From positions 1,024,001 to 1,088,000 of the forward strand of contig CAXXMU010000001.1 of the NCBI GenBank assembly GCA_963667785.2: DNA of 64,000 bases, read 5' to 3'. Position 1 is the first letter of the stretch; each line of letters opens with the position of its first letter. Positions 27,386 to 36,796 of this stretch are shown piece after piece. This DNA is from Alphaproteobacteria bacterium (GTDB taxonomy: Bacteria > Pseudomonadota > Alphaproteobacteria > UBA828). Below the pieces are notes generated by a model. It did no database searches. It was not told where the DNA came from and was given only the letters and a program-made list of their open reading frames with translations. The translations under genes and the position numbers were made by a program.

Positions 27386-27889
27386 ATGAATTCAGTTGGG
27401 AAGATCACGGTGGCGCTCGCCGCCGCGGCAGGAATCACGTGCGCGGCCCATGGCGCCGCTGCCGAGGAGAGCGGCACCGTCCGGTTCATCCGGACCTACG
27501 TTCAGGACTACACGACCATCGACTACGGCAGCGGCAGCGCCACCGGCGGCACCCTGGAAGGCGTCGTCACCATCCTCGAGAGCAGCGGCGGGCCGTTCGT
27601 CGCAGGAACGCGCCATCGCGTGACCTGCGTCGTCTACATCAGGCGCTCCGATGCCGCCATCGACCTGGAGGCGCCCTGCGAGACGACCGCTCCGTCGGGC
27701 GAGACGTGGTTCACGATGTCGAGGCGGAGCGAGGGCGACATCGAGACGGGCGGCGGCGGCCCGGGCACCCTGGAGATCCTTGGCGGTACGGGCGTCTACG
27801 AGGGCGTCGGCGGGAGCTGCACCTATGGCGTCGACTACCTGCCGGACGGCTGGGTCTCCATGATCGCGGACTGCACCTGGCGGAAGTAA
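27386..27889 (+). CDS. Hypothetical secreted protein (signal peptide, beta-rich, four Cys in mature part)
   Basis: N-terminal AxA signal peptide; ILGGTGVYEGVGG motif reminiscent of dirigent/allene-oxide-cyclase barrels. Confidence 0.7.
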   Translation: MNSVGKITVALAAAAGITCAAHGAAAEESGTVRFIRTYVQDYTTIDYGSGSATGGTLEGVVTILESSGGPFVAGTRHRVTCVVYIRRSDAAIDLEAPCETTAPSGETWFTMSRRSEGDIETGGGGPGTLEILGGTGVYEGVGGSCTYGVDYLPDGWVSMIADCTWRK

Positions 27890-27941
27890 GCGGGCTTCGG
27901 GCGGCCGAGGGCCGGGCGGCAGCGCCCTTCACCTCCCCGGC

Positions 27942-28355
27942 TCAGACCGTTCGCGGGGCGCCCACCCAGGCATAGATCTCCCAGAGGTTGTCGTCCGGAT
28001 CGCTGAAGTATGTGGTGCGCGCGTTCCAGGGATGCGTGGTCGGCGGCTGGACGATGCGCACGCCCTTGCTAGCCAGCTCGTCGTGGAGCGCATCGACGGC
28101 GTCCGCCGTCTCGACGCGGACCGCGACCATCGCGCTCAAGCCCTGGCGGGGCGTCTCGGCGAGCGCGAGCGCCTCGGTCACGTCGGAGACCTCCCAGAGC
28201 GCGAGCCCCACGCCGTTGGTGTGGAACTCGGCGAAGCCGAAGTCGTGGCGCTTGAGCTCGAAGCCGAGCGTCTCGCCGTAGAAGGCCATGGCGCGCTCAA
28301 GGTCGGCGACGAAGAGGCCGATGTCGGTCAGGTTGCGCAGGGGTTCGAGGCTCAT
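27942..28355 (-). CDS. VOC/glyoxalase family protein
   Basis: IGLFVADLERAMAFYGETLGF, PPTTHPWNARTTYFSDPDDNLWEI. Confidence 0.85.
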   Translation of the reverse strand: MSLEPLRNLTDIGLFVADLERAMAFYGETLGFELKRHDFGFAEFHTNGVGLALWEVSDVTEALALAETPRQGLSAMVAVRVETADAVDALHDELASKGVRIVQPPTTHPWNARTTYFSDPDDNLWEIYAWVGAPRTV

Positions 28356-28408
28356 GGGCGCCCTCCGGCCGCCCGATCACGGGTCGCGATCGGGGTGAGA
28401 AATCGGGG

Positions 28409-28924
28409 CTAGCGCTCGCCGATGGGAGCGTGGCGGCTGCGCTCCTCCTGCATGGCGGGAGTCTTCTCGATGAGCGCGGCCCACTCCGCGAGCAGAGCGC
28501 TCCCCTCCGCGCCGAGCACGCGCTCGGCCGGCGTGGTCCGCTCGTGGATCGGCTTGCCGACGTCGATTCGCAGCGGCTCGAAGTCCGAGCCATGTCCGCG
28601 GCAGTCCTCCAGCGAAGCCCCGTAATAGACCTTGGCGATGTTGGTCAGCCAGATCGCGCTGGAGCAGAGCGAGCAGGGCTCGCAGCTCGTGTAGAGCTCG
28701 CAGCCCGTGAGGTCCATCGTGCCGAGCCGCTTGCAGGCGTCGCGGATCGCCACGATCTCGCCATGGCCGGTGGGGTCGAGGGAGAAGCCCATGTCGTTGC
28801 ACCCCTCGCCCACCACCTCGCCGTCCCTGACGATGAGGCAGCCGTAGGGCCAGTAGCCGGTGCCCTCGAGCATCTTCTCGCGCCCGAGGTCGATCGCCCG
28901 CTTCATGTAGTCCGTCTTGTCCAT
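28409..28924 (-). CDS. Nucleoside/guanine deaminase (cytidine deaminase superfamily)
   Basis: DPTGHGEIVAIR, LYTSCEPCSLC zinc motif; ATG 28924 with GGAAGGA RBS. Confidence 0.85.
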   Translation of the reverse strand: MDKTDYMKRAIDLGREKMLEGTGYWPYGCLIVRDGEVVGEGCNDMGFSLDPTGHGEIVAIRDACKRLGTMDLTGCELYTSCEPCSLCSSAIWLTNIAKVYYGASLEDCRGHGSDFEPLRIDVGKPIHERTTPAERVLGAEGSALLAEWAALIEKTPAMQEERSRHAPIGER

Positions 28925-28956
28925 CGCGGTTTCCTTCCGTGAGTCGTGGCGTGCCG

Positions 28957-29775
28957 TCACGTCGCGCGGCGTCGCATGAAGAGCGGAATGATGAGCAGCT
29001 CGGCGCCGAGCAGGGTCAGCAGCAGCAGGCCGAAGACGATCGTCCCGATCGCGTTGAGCGAGGTATCGTGCGAGGCGATCATCACGCTGTAGACGGCGAC
29101 CGGCAGCGTCTGGTCGAAGCCCGAGACGAACCAGGCGATGATGAACTCGTCGAACGAGAAGGTGAACGCCAGCAGCCAGCCGCCGACGATGCCCGGCAGC
29201 GCCCAGGGCAGCACGACGCGCCAGACCGTCTGCAGCTCGTTCGCGCCGAGATCCCAGGCGGCCTCCTCAAGCGTCGGCGGCATCTGCGCCAGCCTGAGCT
29301 GGATGATCGCCATCGCGGGCGCCGTCAGCAGCAGCGTGTGCGCGAGGATGATGCTGTAGAGCTCGCCGTGCAGGCCGAGGCGGGAGAGCAGGCCCAGCAT
29401 CGAGACGCCCAGAATCAGCGGCGGGATCAGGATCGGCAGGATTAGGATCGTTGCCGTCAGGATGCGGCCGGGAAAGACGAAGCGGTTGAGCGCGTAAGCC
29501 GCGAGGAAGCCGATGATCGAGGCGCACGTCGCCGCGACCGGCGAGACGTAGAGGCTGTTCAGCAGCGCGTCGAAGAGGACCCCGTCGTCTATCAGCTTGT
29601 CGTACCACTTGAGGGACCAGCCCTGCAGCGGCAGCGAGGAGTAGACGTTCTCCTGGAACGAGAAGAGGACCAGGAAGGCGATCGGCAGCAGCAGGAAGAT
29701 GAAGCCGAGGAAGAGATAGACCCTGCCCGCGATGCGATAGCCGTTCTCGCGCAGATAAACGTTGACCCGGCCCAT
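28957..29775 (-). CDS. ABC transporter permease (PotC-like)
   Basis: LEEAAWDLGA EAA motif, FTFSFDEF, TLPV. Confidence 0.88.
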   Translation of the reverse strand: MGRVNVYLRENGYRIAGRVYLFLGFIFLLLPIAFLVLFSFQENVYSSLPLQGWSLKWYDKLIDDGVLFDALLNSLYVSPVAATCASIIGFLAAYALNRFVFPGRILTATILILPILIPPLILGVSMLGLLSRLGLHGELYSIILAHTLLLTAPAMAIIQLRLAQMPPTLEEAAWDLGANELQTVWRVVLPWALPGIVGGWLLAFTFSFDEFIIAWFVSGFDQTLPVAVYSVMIASHDTSLNAIGTIVFGLLLLTLLGAELLIIPLFMRRRAT

Positions 29776-29777
29776 GG

Positions 29778-30686
29778 TCAGCCCTGCCGCTGCCTGGCCC
29801 GGTCGGCCATGCGGTAGGCCACCACCAGCATCACCACCATGATGACCACCATGATCGTCGCCATTGCGGCGGTGCGGGGCAGGTTGGTGTAGCTGTTGTA
29901 GTCGGCCATGACCATGTTGGAGTAGAGCGGGTAGGAGCCGAGCCAGGACTGGCCGACGCCGCCGCCGACCAGGAGCCCCGACAGCACGTCGCCGAAGCTG
30001 ACGATCACGCCGAAGCCGAAGGCGAAGACCAGGCCCAGCCGGCTGAGCGGCACGATGACCCGCCAGAACGCCTGCAGGCGCGTGGCGCCCAGCTCGCGCG
30101 CCGCCTCGATCAGGTTCCGGTTCACGTTGATGAGCGTGACGTAGAGGATGATGATCAGGATCGGCGAGAGGTAGTGGATGAGGCCGATGCGCGTGCCGAT
30201 CTGCGTGTTGGTGATGATCAGCGGATCGTCGAGGCCGAGCTCGCCGAGGACGTAGTTGAGCACCCCCTTCTGCGCCAGGATCAGCTGCCAGGCGAAGAGC
30301 CTGAGGATGTAGCTGCTCCAGAAGGGCAGGATCGCCAGCACGAGGAAGAGCCGCTGGTAGCGCTCGGGGATACAGAAGACGATCCCCATCGCCAGGAGGT
30401 AGCAGAAGATCACGGCGAAGACGCTGGTGGTCACCGCGACGTAGATCGACTGGATCAGCGCCCAGCCGAAACGCGAGCGGCTGAAGAACTGGGAGAAGAT
30501 GTCGACGTAGTTGCCGACCGAGAACTCGGCGACGATCTGATAGTCGCGGACGATCCAGAAGCCGAGCACGATCAGGAACGCCAGCGGCGCGATGAAGAAG
30601 ATCAGGTAGTAGCCGATCGGCGGCGCCAGGAAGGCAGGCTTGAGCAGGCTCCTGTTTGAAGGGGGGATGACGCTGTCGTCGGTCAC
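29778..30686 (-). CDS. ABC transporter permease (PotB-like)
   Basis: LPFWSSYILR, LIEAARELGA. Confidence 0.88.
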   Translation of the reverse strand: MTDDSVIPPSNRSLLKPAFLAPPIGYYLIFFIAPLAFLIVLGFWIVRDYQIVAEFSVGNYVDIFSQFFSRSRFGWALIQSIYVAVTTSVFAVIFCYLLAMGIVFCIPERYQRLFLVLAILPFWSSYILRLFAWQLILAQKGVLNYVLGELGLDDPLIITNTQIGTRIGLIHYLSPILIIILYVTLINVNRNLIEAARELGATRLQAFWRVIVPLSRLGLVFAFGFGVIVSFGDVLSGLLVGGGVGQSWLGSYPLYSNMVMADYNSYTNLPRTAAMATIMVVIMVVMLVVAYRMADRARQRQG

Positions 30687-30725
30687 GGGGTCCCCGTCCT
30701 CAGCCGGGCGTCGAGCGCGCCGTTC

Positions 30726-31859
30726 TCACGGCAGGCCGGCGTCCCGGTGCCCGAGGATGACGGTGTCCTCCGGCGCCCAGCAGAGCTCCATCTCGGTATT
30801 GATCTCGGTCCCCTCGCCCTCGGTGAAGGGTTCCTGCAGGACCATCTTGACCTCGACGCCCTGGGCGGTTTCCAGGTAGTAGATCACCTGCGAGCCGGTG
30901 AACTCGCGCCCCTTCAGGACCGCCCGAATCGTGTTCTGGCCGCCCTCGCCGTCCTGGCGGCGTCGCAGCTTGTCCGCCTGCACCACGAGCTCGACCGCGG
31001 CACCTCTTTCGATCTCGTTCCGGTGCCCGGCGATGCGGACCGCGCCGTGGCTGCACTCGACGACGACCGTTCCCTCCGCCGTCTCCGCGACCCGGCCCTC
31101 GAAGATGTTGTTGGCGCCCACGAACTCGGCGACGAAGTGGCTGGCCGGGCGGTTGTAGATCTCGGCCGGCCGGCCGACCTGCTCCACCACCCCCTTGTTC
31201 ATCACCACCACCCGGTCCGCCATCGCAAACGCCTCGCTCTGGTTGTGGGTGACGTAGATGAAGGAGATGCCGAGTTCCCTCTGCAGCACCGTGAGCTCGC
31301 TCTGCACCTTGATCCGCAGGTGCGCGTCGAGCGAGCTGAGCGGCTCGTCGAGGAGCAGGATCTCCGGCTCGGTGACCAGCGCCCGGGCGATGGCGACCCG
31401 CTGCTTCTCGCCGCCGCTGAGCTGGCCGATGCGGCGCGAGAGCAGATGGCCCAGGTGAACCTGCTCCGCCACGGCCTCCACCTTGCTGCGCACCGCCTTC
31501 TTGTCGTGGCGCTTGAGCGTCAGCCCGAACTCGATGTTCTTGCGCACGTTGAGGAAGGGGAAGAGCGAGTAGTCCTGCCAGATCAGCCGGGTGCTGCGCT
31601 TGTGCACCGGCACGTCGCTGATGTCGTCCCCGCGCAGCAGCAGCGTGCCTTCGTCCGCTCTCTCGAGCCCGGCGATGATCCGGAGCAGCGTCGTCTTGCC
31701 GCAGCCGCTCGGCCCCATGACGGCGACGAACTCGCCGCGCTGGACGTCGATGTCGACCCGCTCGATGGCGACCACCGGGCCGAAGCGCTTGGCGATTCCG
31801 CGCACCTCCAGGTCGGCGACCGTGCCTCCCCCTAGCGCGCTCTCGCTCTCATGCACCAT
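30726..31859 (-). CDS. ABC transporter ATP-binding protein (PotA-like)
   Basis: GPSGCGKTT, LSGGEKQR, LLLDEPLS, YVTHNQSEA, TOBE-like C-terminus. Confidence 0.9.
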   Translation of the reverse strand: MVHESESALGGGTVADLEVRGIAKRFGPVVAIERVDIDVQRGEFVAVMGPSGCGKTTLLRIIAGLERADEGTLLLRGDDISDVPVHKRSTRLIWQDYSLFPFLNVRKNIEFGLTLKRHDKKAVRSKVEAVAEQVHLGHLLSRRIGQLSGGEKQRVAIARALVTEPEILLLDEPLSSLDAHLRIKVQSELTVLQRELGISFIYVTHNQSEAFAMADRVVVMNKGVVEQVGRPAEIYNRPASHFVAEFVGANNIFEGRVAETAEGTVVVECSHGAVRIAGHRNEIERGAAVELVVQADKLRRRQDGEGGQNTIRAVLKGREFTGSQVIYYLETAQGVEVKMVLQEPFTEGEGTEINTEMELCWAPEDTVILGHRDAGLP

Positions 31860-31960
31860 CGTCGGCCAGGCTTGCGAAAATCAGGCGTGAAACGAAGAGA
31901 GGAGGGGGCGGCGCCCCGACACGCCGCGGCACCGCCACCTCGCTGCCTGCCGGGCCGCGG

Positions 31961-33130
31961 CTAACCCGTCTTGAACTCGTTGAAGATGTCGATCCAGGCC
32001 TTCTCGTCCTGCTGCACCGGCAAGTCGCGGCCGATGCTGCGGTCGATCAGCGTCTCCACCCACATCTGGCTGGGGTTGTCGGGATCCGGGTAGTAGCCGA
32101 GCAGCTGGTTCTGCTCCTCTGTCCAGTAGTCGGCGATCTTGAGATTGGGACCGCGTGCCTTGAACGCCTTGGTGTAGGCGAGCTTGGCCTGGACGTGGGC
32201 CTGGCTCATGTACTTGATCCACTCCAGCGCGAGCTCCTTGTTCTCGCTCTGCTTGCAGACGGTGGCCACTTCCTGCCAGCGGATGCCGCCCTGCACCGGG
32301 ATCGTCGATTCCACGTTGTCGTGGCCCGCGAGCTTCAGGTCGATTTCGAGGTCGCCGAGCATGGCGGCGGCGACATCGCCGTTGATCATCGCCTGCACGA
32401 TGGGCTGGGCGCTGGAGCCGAACATGTTGACCTGGGGCCGGAGCTTGAGCAGCCAGTCGCGGACGGCGCCGAGCTGCTCGTCGGTCAGGTCGTAGGGGTT
32501 CTCCTTGTTGGGATGGACCGCGAGGCTGGCATTGCCCATGTTCGGCAGGTACCAGTCGAAGATGCCGATCTTGCCCTCGAACTTGGGCAGGAAGAGCGAG
32601 TTCCAGTCGCCGCTCTCCTCCTTGGACATGTGATCCGTGATGTAGGAGATGGCGTAGAAGCTGAAACGCGTCGGCGTGCCCCAGACCATCCCGTCGCCGG
32701 CCTGCACCTGGTGCATGTCGTTGAATTTCGGGTGGTAGTTGGCGAGCTCGCTGATCTCGCCGGGGTTGTAGGGCTCGATCGCGTCGATGGCGGCGAGCTT
32801 GCGGATGTACTCGGCGTCCACCAGGACGTTGTCGTAGGTGCCGCGCGGCGTCTGGTTGAAGAATTGGAGCATCTGCTCGCCGCCGATATAGATCTTGAAC
32901 TCCACGTTGACGCCGTGCGTGTCCTCGAACTCCTGGATGACGCCCTTTTCCTCGTAGCCGGGCCAGGTCAGCACCCTGAGCGTGTCCGCCGCGCGCGCCG
33001 TGCGCGAGAAGATGGTGAGCGAGCCCGCAGCCGCTGCGCCCGCCGCCGCCGCGCCGCCCTTCAGCAGGGTCCGCCGATTGACCCTGAGGCCGGTAGGTTC
33101 GGTGTTCTTCGCCTTGTCGCTGTCTTTCAT
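31961..33130 (-). CDS. PotD/PotF-like substrate-binding protein with Tat signal
   Basis: ATG 33130 with GGAGG RBS; NRRTLLKGG twin-arginine motif; LRVLTWPGY..FE. Confidence 0.85.
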   Translation of the reverse strand: MKDSDKAKNTEPTGLRVNRRTLLKGGAAAAGAAAAGSLTIFSRTARAADTLRVLTWPGYEEKGVIQEFEDTHGVNVEFKIYIGGEQMLQFFNQTPRGTYDNVLVDAEYIRKLAAIDAIEPYNPGEISELANYHPKFNDMHQVQAGDGMVWGTPTRFSFYAISYITDHMSKEESGDWNSLFLPKFEGKIGIFDWYLPNMGNASLAVHPNKENPYDLTDEQLGAVRDWLLKLRPQVNMFGSSAQPIVQAMINGDVAAAMLGDLEIDLKLAGHDNVESTIPVQGGIRWQEVATVCKQSENKELALEWIKYMSQAHVQAKLAYTKAFKARGPNLKIADYWTEEQNQLLGYYPDPDNPSQMWVETLIDRSIGRDLPVQQDEKAWIDIFNEFKTG

Positions 33131-33333
33131 GGAAGCCTCCTTGCCATAAACTCCTGACCGGGAGCGGCCCGTCTGCGGGAGCGGCGAATCAGGGGCGGTC
33201 GCCGCGCGACCGCCTCGCCGACATCCCGGCAATGGCCTTTCCTCTCCCCCATGCCCGGCCGTCGCCGCCCGCATGGTGCTTCGATCATTTGAGACCGTGG
33301 CAACCGGCCGTGTCAATGCGCCGCCCGTCGCGC

Positions 33334-34350
33334 TCAGGTCGATGCCGCCGACCTCGCCCACTGCCGCTCGCGCAGCCGGCGCTTCATCCTCTCGTGCGCC
33401 TCGTCCGAGCCGTCGTGGTAGGTGCCCATCAGCTTGTCGATGATCGGCATCTCGTCGCTGCCGTAGTTGCACTCGAAATACTGGTGGTGGAGGTAGTGCA
33501 TGTAGAGGCCGATGGAGAGGCTGCGCCCGCCCTCGGTACCGAAGCGGTCGTAGCCCGAGTGCCCGCCCGCCGGCGACAGCCCCATGTGGACGAGATGGAA
33601 CATGGCATGGAGCGGGTGCGTGGCGATCACCCAGTGCACCACCACTCCCGAGAAGTAGATCAGGTGCTCGATCGGGTGCATCGAGAGACCCGACCACGGC
33701 CCGATGTTGATGTTGCGGTGGTGCAGGTAGTGGGCGAGGCGATAGAGCGGCTTCCAGTGCAGCAGGCGGTGGGTGAGATAGAAGTGGACGTCGCGAAACA
33801 GCGGAATCAGCACCATGAGGATGACGAACCAGGCCGGATTCTCCGCAAAGTCGAGATAGGGAATGATCTCGTTGGCGTAGAGCCACCAGGTCACCGCCTC
33901 GTAGGCGGTCCAGATCGTCACGCCGCTCGCCAGCGACCAGAAGACGTTCTCGCGAACCTGGCTGCCGAAGAGCCGTGACCTGCCCCTGGGCTGCTCGATC
34001 CGCGACGAGTAGCGATAGTCCGTCCCCTGCGCCTTGAACACGTAGAGGTAGAGGTGCATGCCGCCGAAGAAGAAGATCGCGAGCCCCAGGTTGCGGGCGA
34101 AGATGAGCGCGATCCACCACGCCTCGAAGGTCGCCATCTCGGCGAGAGGCGGCGTCAGGAAGTACCACGCCAGCACGGCGACCCCGAGATAGATCGCGTA
34201 CCACGGCCACAGATAGCCCGGCCAGCCGAAGAACCAACGCAGGATGCCGAGGGGGCGGGGCGGCCACAGCCACGGCGCCGGCATCTCCTTGAGGTAGTCG
34301 GGCCTCCAGTTGCCGCGCTCGTCGCGGGTCACGGCGGTGGCATCGGCCAT
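33334..34350 (-). CDS. Sterol desaturase/fatty acid hydroxylase family membrane di-iron enzyme
   Basis: His boxes HFYLTHRLLH, HYLHH, HYLHH; GPWSGLSMHPIEH. Confidence 0.85.
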   Translation of the reverse strand: MADATAVTRDERGNWRPDYLKEMPAPWLWPPRPLGILRWFFGWPGYLWPWYAIYLGVAVLAWYFLTPPLAEMATFEAWWIALIFARNLGLAIFFFGGMHLYLYVFKAQGTDYRYSSRIEQPRGRSRLFGSQVRENVFWSLASGVTIWTAYEAVTWWLYANEIIPYLDFAENPAWFVILMVLIPLFRDVHFYLTHRLLHWKPLYRLAHYLHHRNINIGPWSGLSMHPIEHLIYFSGVVVHWVIATHPLHAMFHLVHMGLSPAGGHSGYDRFGTEGGRSLSIGLYMHYLHHQYFECNYGSDEMPIIDKLMGTYHDGSDEAHERMKRRLRERQWARSAAST

Positions 34351-34441
34351 GGTCGGCCTCCGGCGCTTCGGAGCGTCGTGCTCCCCGCTACCTTAGTGAT
34401 CGCCCGGCACCGATGTCGAGCCCGTGCGGCGCCCGGCGCCC

Positions 34442-35449
34442 TCAGCTCGCGCGCTTGGCCTCCATCAGGGCGTGCTGCAGCTCGACGAGGCGGGCCTCGA
34501 TGTGCGCGCCCGCCAGCACCGGCGGGTATCTGGGCCGATCGTCGGGGCCGGTGCAGCTCTCGAGGCAGCGGATCTCGGCATTGACGTTCGCGCCCATGAA
34601 GAAGGGGACGGAGTAGCGGTGCCGCCCGGTCCGGTTCGCGGCGCGGTGGACGTTCGAGGTGAAGCGGTCGTTGGTCCAGCGGGCCATGAGGTCGCCGATA
34701 TTGACGACGAAGGTGCCGGCGGCGGGCGGAATGTCGATCCACTCGCCCGCGCCGTTCAGGACCTGGAGGCCCGGAGTGGCGTCCTGCGCCAGGATCGTGA
34801 ACATCTCGTAGTCGGTGTGCGCGCCCAGGCCGAGCCGTGTCTCCCCGGCGGGCTGGGGCGGATAGTGCAGGAGCCTGAGCGCGCCGGCGGCGCGGTCGAA
34901 CTTGTCGAGAAAGTACGCCTCGGGAAGATCGAGCGCGAGGGCGAAGGCGCGGAGCAGCGCGTTCGAGACCTCCAGCATCGCCGCGTAGTAGGTCTCGACG
35001 GCGGCGCGCAGGCCCGGCGTGCAGGACGGCCAGAGGTTGGGGCCGTAGAGGAGGCTGCCCGCGCATTCCGGCGGATCGTCGGGCGCGTTCTCGCGGCCGA
35101 AGTCGATCACCTCGTGGGGCTCGTAATAGTCCGTGGTGGCGTCGTGCCGCTCCTCGTAGAGCCCGGAATAGCCGCGGAAAAACCGGGACTTGCTGGCGTG
35201 GATCTCGCGCTTCGCCTCTTCCGGCTGGGCGTAGAAGCGCGCCATCTCGCGGAACAGGTCGTCGACGGTGGCCTGCGCGATGCCGTGGTTGCGGATGTAG
35301 AAGAAGCCCACGTCGCGGCAGGCATCGTGCACCGCGTTGCCCACGCGGCGCCGGGCCTCCGCGCTTCCGCGAAGGAGCGGTGCGATATCGATCTGCGGCA
35401 CTTCCTCGAACGCAGCCACATGGACGCGACCCGATTCGACCTCGCTCAC
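34442..35449 (-). CDS. Isopenicillin N synthase-like 2OG-Fe(II) oxygenase
   Basis: ACRDVGFFYIRNHG, LRLLHYP, AHTDY (HxD), NIGDLMARWTND, SNVHR, RYSVPFF. Confidence 0.9.
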   Translation of the reverse strand: MSEVESGRVHVAAFEEVPQIDIAPLLRGSAEARRRVGNAVHDACRDVGFFYIRNHGIAQATVDDLFREMARFYAQPEEAKREIHASKSRFFRGYSGLYEERHDATTDYYEPHEVIDFGRENAPDDPPECAGSLLYGPNLWPSCTPGLRAAVETYYAAMLEVSNALLRAFALALDLPEAYFLDKFDRAAGALRLLHYPPQPAGETRLGLGAHTDYEMFTILAQDATPGLQVLNGAGEWIDIPPAAGTFVVNIGDLMARWTNDRFTSNVHRAANRTGRHRYSVPFFMGANVNAEIRCLESCTGPDDRPRYPPVLAGAHIEARLVELQHALMEAKRAS

Positions 35450-35595
35450 GACCGCTCTCTCCCTCCCGCTCGGGCCGCACCCGCCGGGCGGCCCGGCCGA
35501 AATTCTAGTTGAGCAGCGCCGGCAACACCATGCTCGCGGCGTCCGGCCGCTTGACAGCGGGCGGCGCGGTTGCTTTCTCTAGGCACCTGTCGGGC

Positions 35596-35670
35596 GGGCG
35601 CTTAGCTCAGCGGGAGAGCACCGTCTTCACACGGCGGGGGTCGCTGGTTCAAATCCAGCAGCGCCCACCA
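35596..35670 (+). tRNA. tRNA-Val(CAC)
   Basis: GGGCGCTTAGCTCAGCGGGAGAGCA-CCGTC-TTCACAC-GGCGG-GGGTCGCTGGTTCAAATCCAGCAGCGCCCACCA; encoded CCA; TTGACA at 35551. Confidence 0.95.
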
Positions 35671-35743
35671 GCCCGGCCTGCCGGCGACGCGATGCGGCAG
35701 CCCAACCGTGCCGCCCTGCGGCAACTCATCGGGAGCGAGAACG

Positions 35744-36622
35744 ATGGCAGAGGTCGCATGCGTGGTCGATTGCCGGGACGAGCTCGGCGAGAGCCCGGTC
35801 TGGTGCCCCGTCGACCGGCGGCTCTACTGGCTCGACATCAAGGGCCAGACGATCAGCCGGTTCACGCCGGGGACCGGCGAATACCGGCAGGTGCCGGTGG
35901 ACGAGCAGCCCGGCTCGCTGGTGCTGCGCGAGCAGGGGGGCATGGTGGTCGCCTTCTATGGCGGCTTCCGCTTCTTCGACCCGGAGACCGGCGCGATCGA
36001 GACCATCCACGAGGTCGAGCAGGACACGCCCGAGAGCCGCATGAACGACGGCCGCTGCGACCGGCAGGGCCGCTTCTGGGCCGGCAGCATGGACGACGGC
36101 ATGACGGGCCGGCCGCTCGGCTCTCTCTATCGCCTCGACCACGACCTCGGCCTGCACAAGTGCGAGACCGGCATCGTCGTCTCCAACTCGATCGCCTTCA
36201 GCCCCGAAGGCGAGACCATGTACTACGCCGACCTCGACCAGGACGTGATCTGGGCCTACGACCTCGACACCGCCACCGGCGCACTCTCGAACAAGCGCGT
36301 CTTCGTCGGCCCCGGCAGCGCGCCGGGCATCCCCGACGGCTCCACCGTCGATGCGGAAGGCTACGTCTGGAACGCGCGCTGGAACGGCTGGTGCGTCGCC
36401 CGCTTCGCGCCGGACGGCACGCTCGACCGCACCGTCGAGATGCCCTTCCAGCAGGTGACCTGCCCGATGTTCGGCGGCTCCGGCCTCGACGTGCTCTACG
36501 TGACGGGCGCCCGCGTCAACCTGGGTGAGGATGTGCTCGCAGGCCAGGAGCAGGCAGGCAGCCTCTTCGCCGTCACCGGCACGGGCTGCACCGGCCTGCC
36601 CGAGCCCCGCTTCAGGGGCTGA
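35744..36622 (+). CDS. SMP-30/gluconolactonase/regucalcin family protein
   Basis: LGESPVW, RMNDGRCDRQGRFWAGSM, SNSIAFSP, PDGSTVDAEG, TCPMFGG. Confidence 0.9.
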   Translation: MAEVACVVDCRDELGESPVWCPVDRRLYWLDIKGQTISRFTPGTGEYRQVPVDEQPGSLVLREQGGMVVAFYGGFRFFDPETGAIETIHEVEQDTPESRMNDGRCDRQGRFWAGSMDDGMTGRPLGSLYRLDHDLGLHKCETGIVVSNSIAFSPEGETMYYADLDQDVIWAYDLDTATGALSNKRVFVGPGSAPGIPDGSTVDAEGYVWNARWNGWCVARFAPDGTLDRTVEMPFQQVTCPMFGGSGLDVLYVTGARVNLGEDVLAGQEQAGSLFAVTGTGCTGLPEPRFRG

Positions 36623-36659
36623 GGCGGCACGGCGGCGCTCCCGTCACTCCCTCACGCCT

Positions 36660-36752
36660 TCATGCCCGGACTCGTTCCGGGCATCTCGCCCAGCCAGACC
36701 CGTCGAACGCCACGCAAACGCGTGGATGGCCGGGACAAGCCCGGCCAAGACG
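36660..36752. repeat. Alphaproteobacterial REP/RIME-like palindromic element (two inverted hairpin units)
   Basis: TCATGCCCGGACTCGTTCCGGGCATC ... GTGGATGGCCGGGACAAGCCCGGCCAAGAC between convergent genes. Confidence 0.75.
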
Positions 36753-36796
36753 TCAAGTGGTGGTGCGCGACCGGATTCGAACGTCGGCAACAGGGC

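Noticed and set aside
31961-34273. 770-aa ORF seemingly fusing desaturase region and binding protein
   Set aside because: Real start is ATG 33130 with RBS and Tat signal; upstream portion overlaps the desaturase in another frame.
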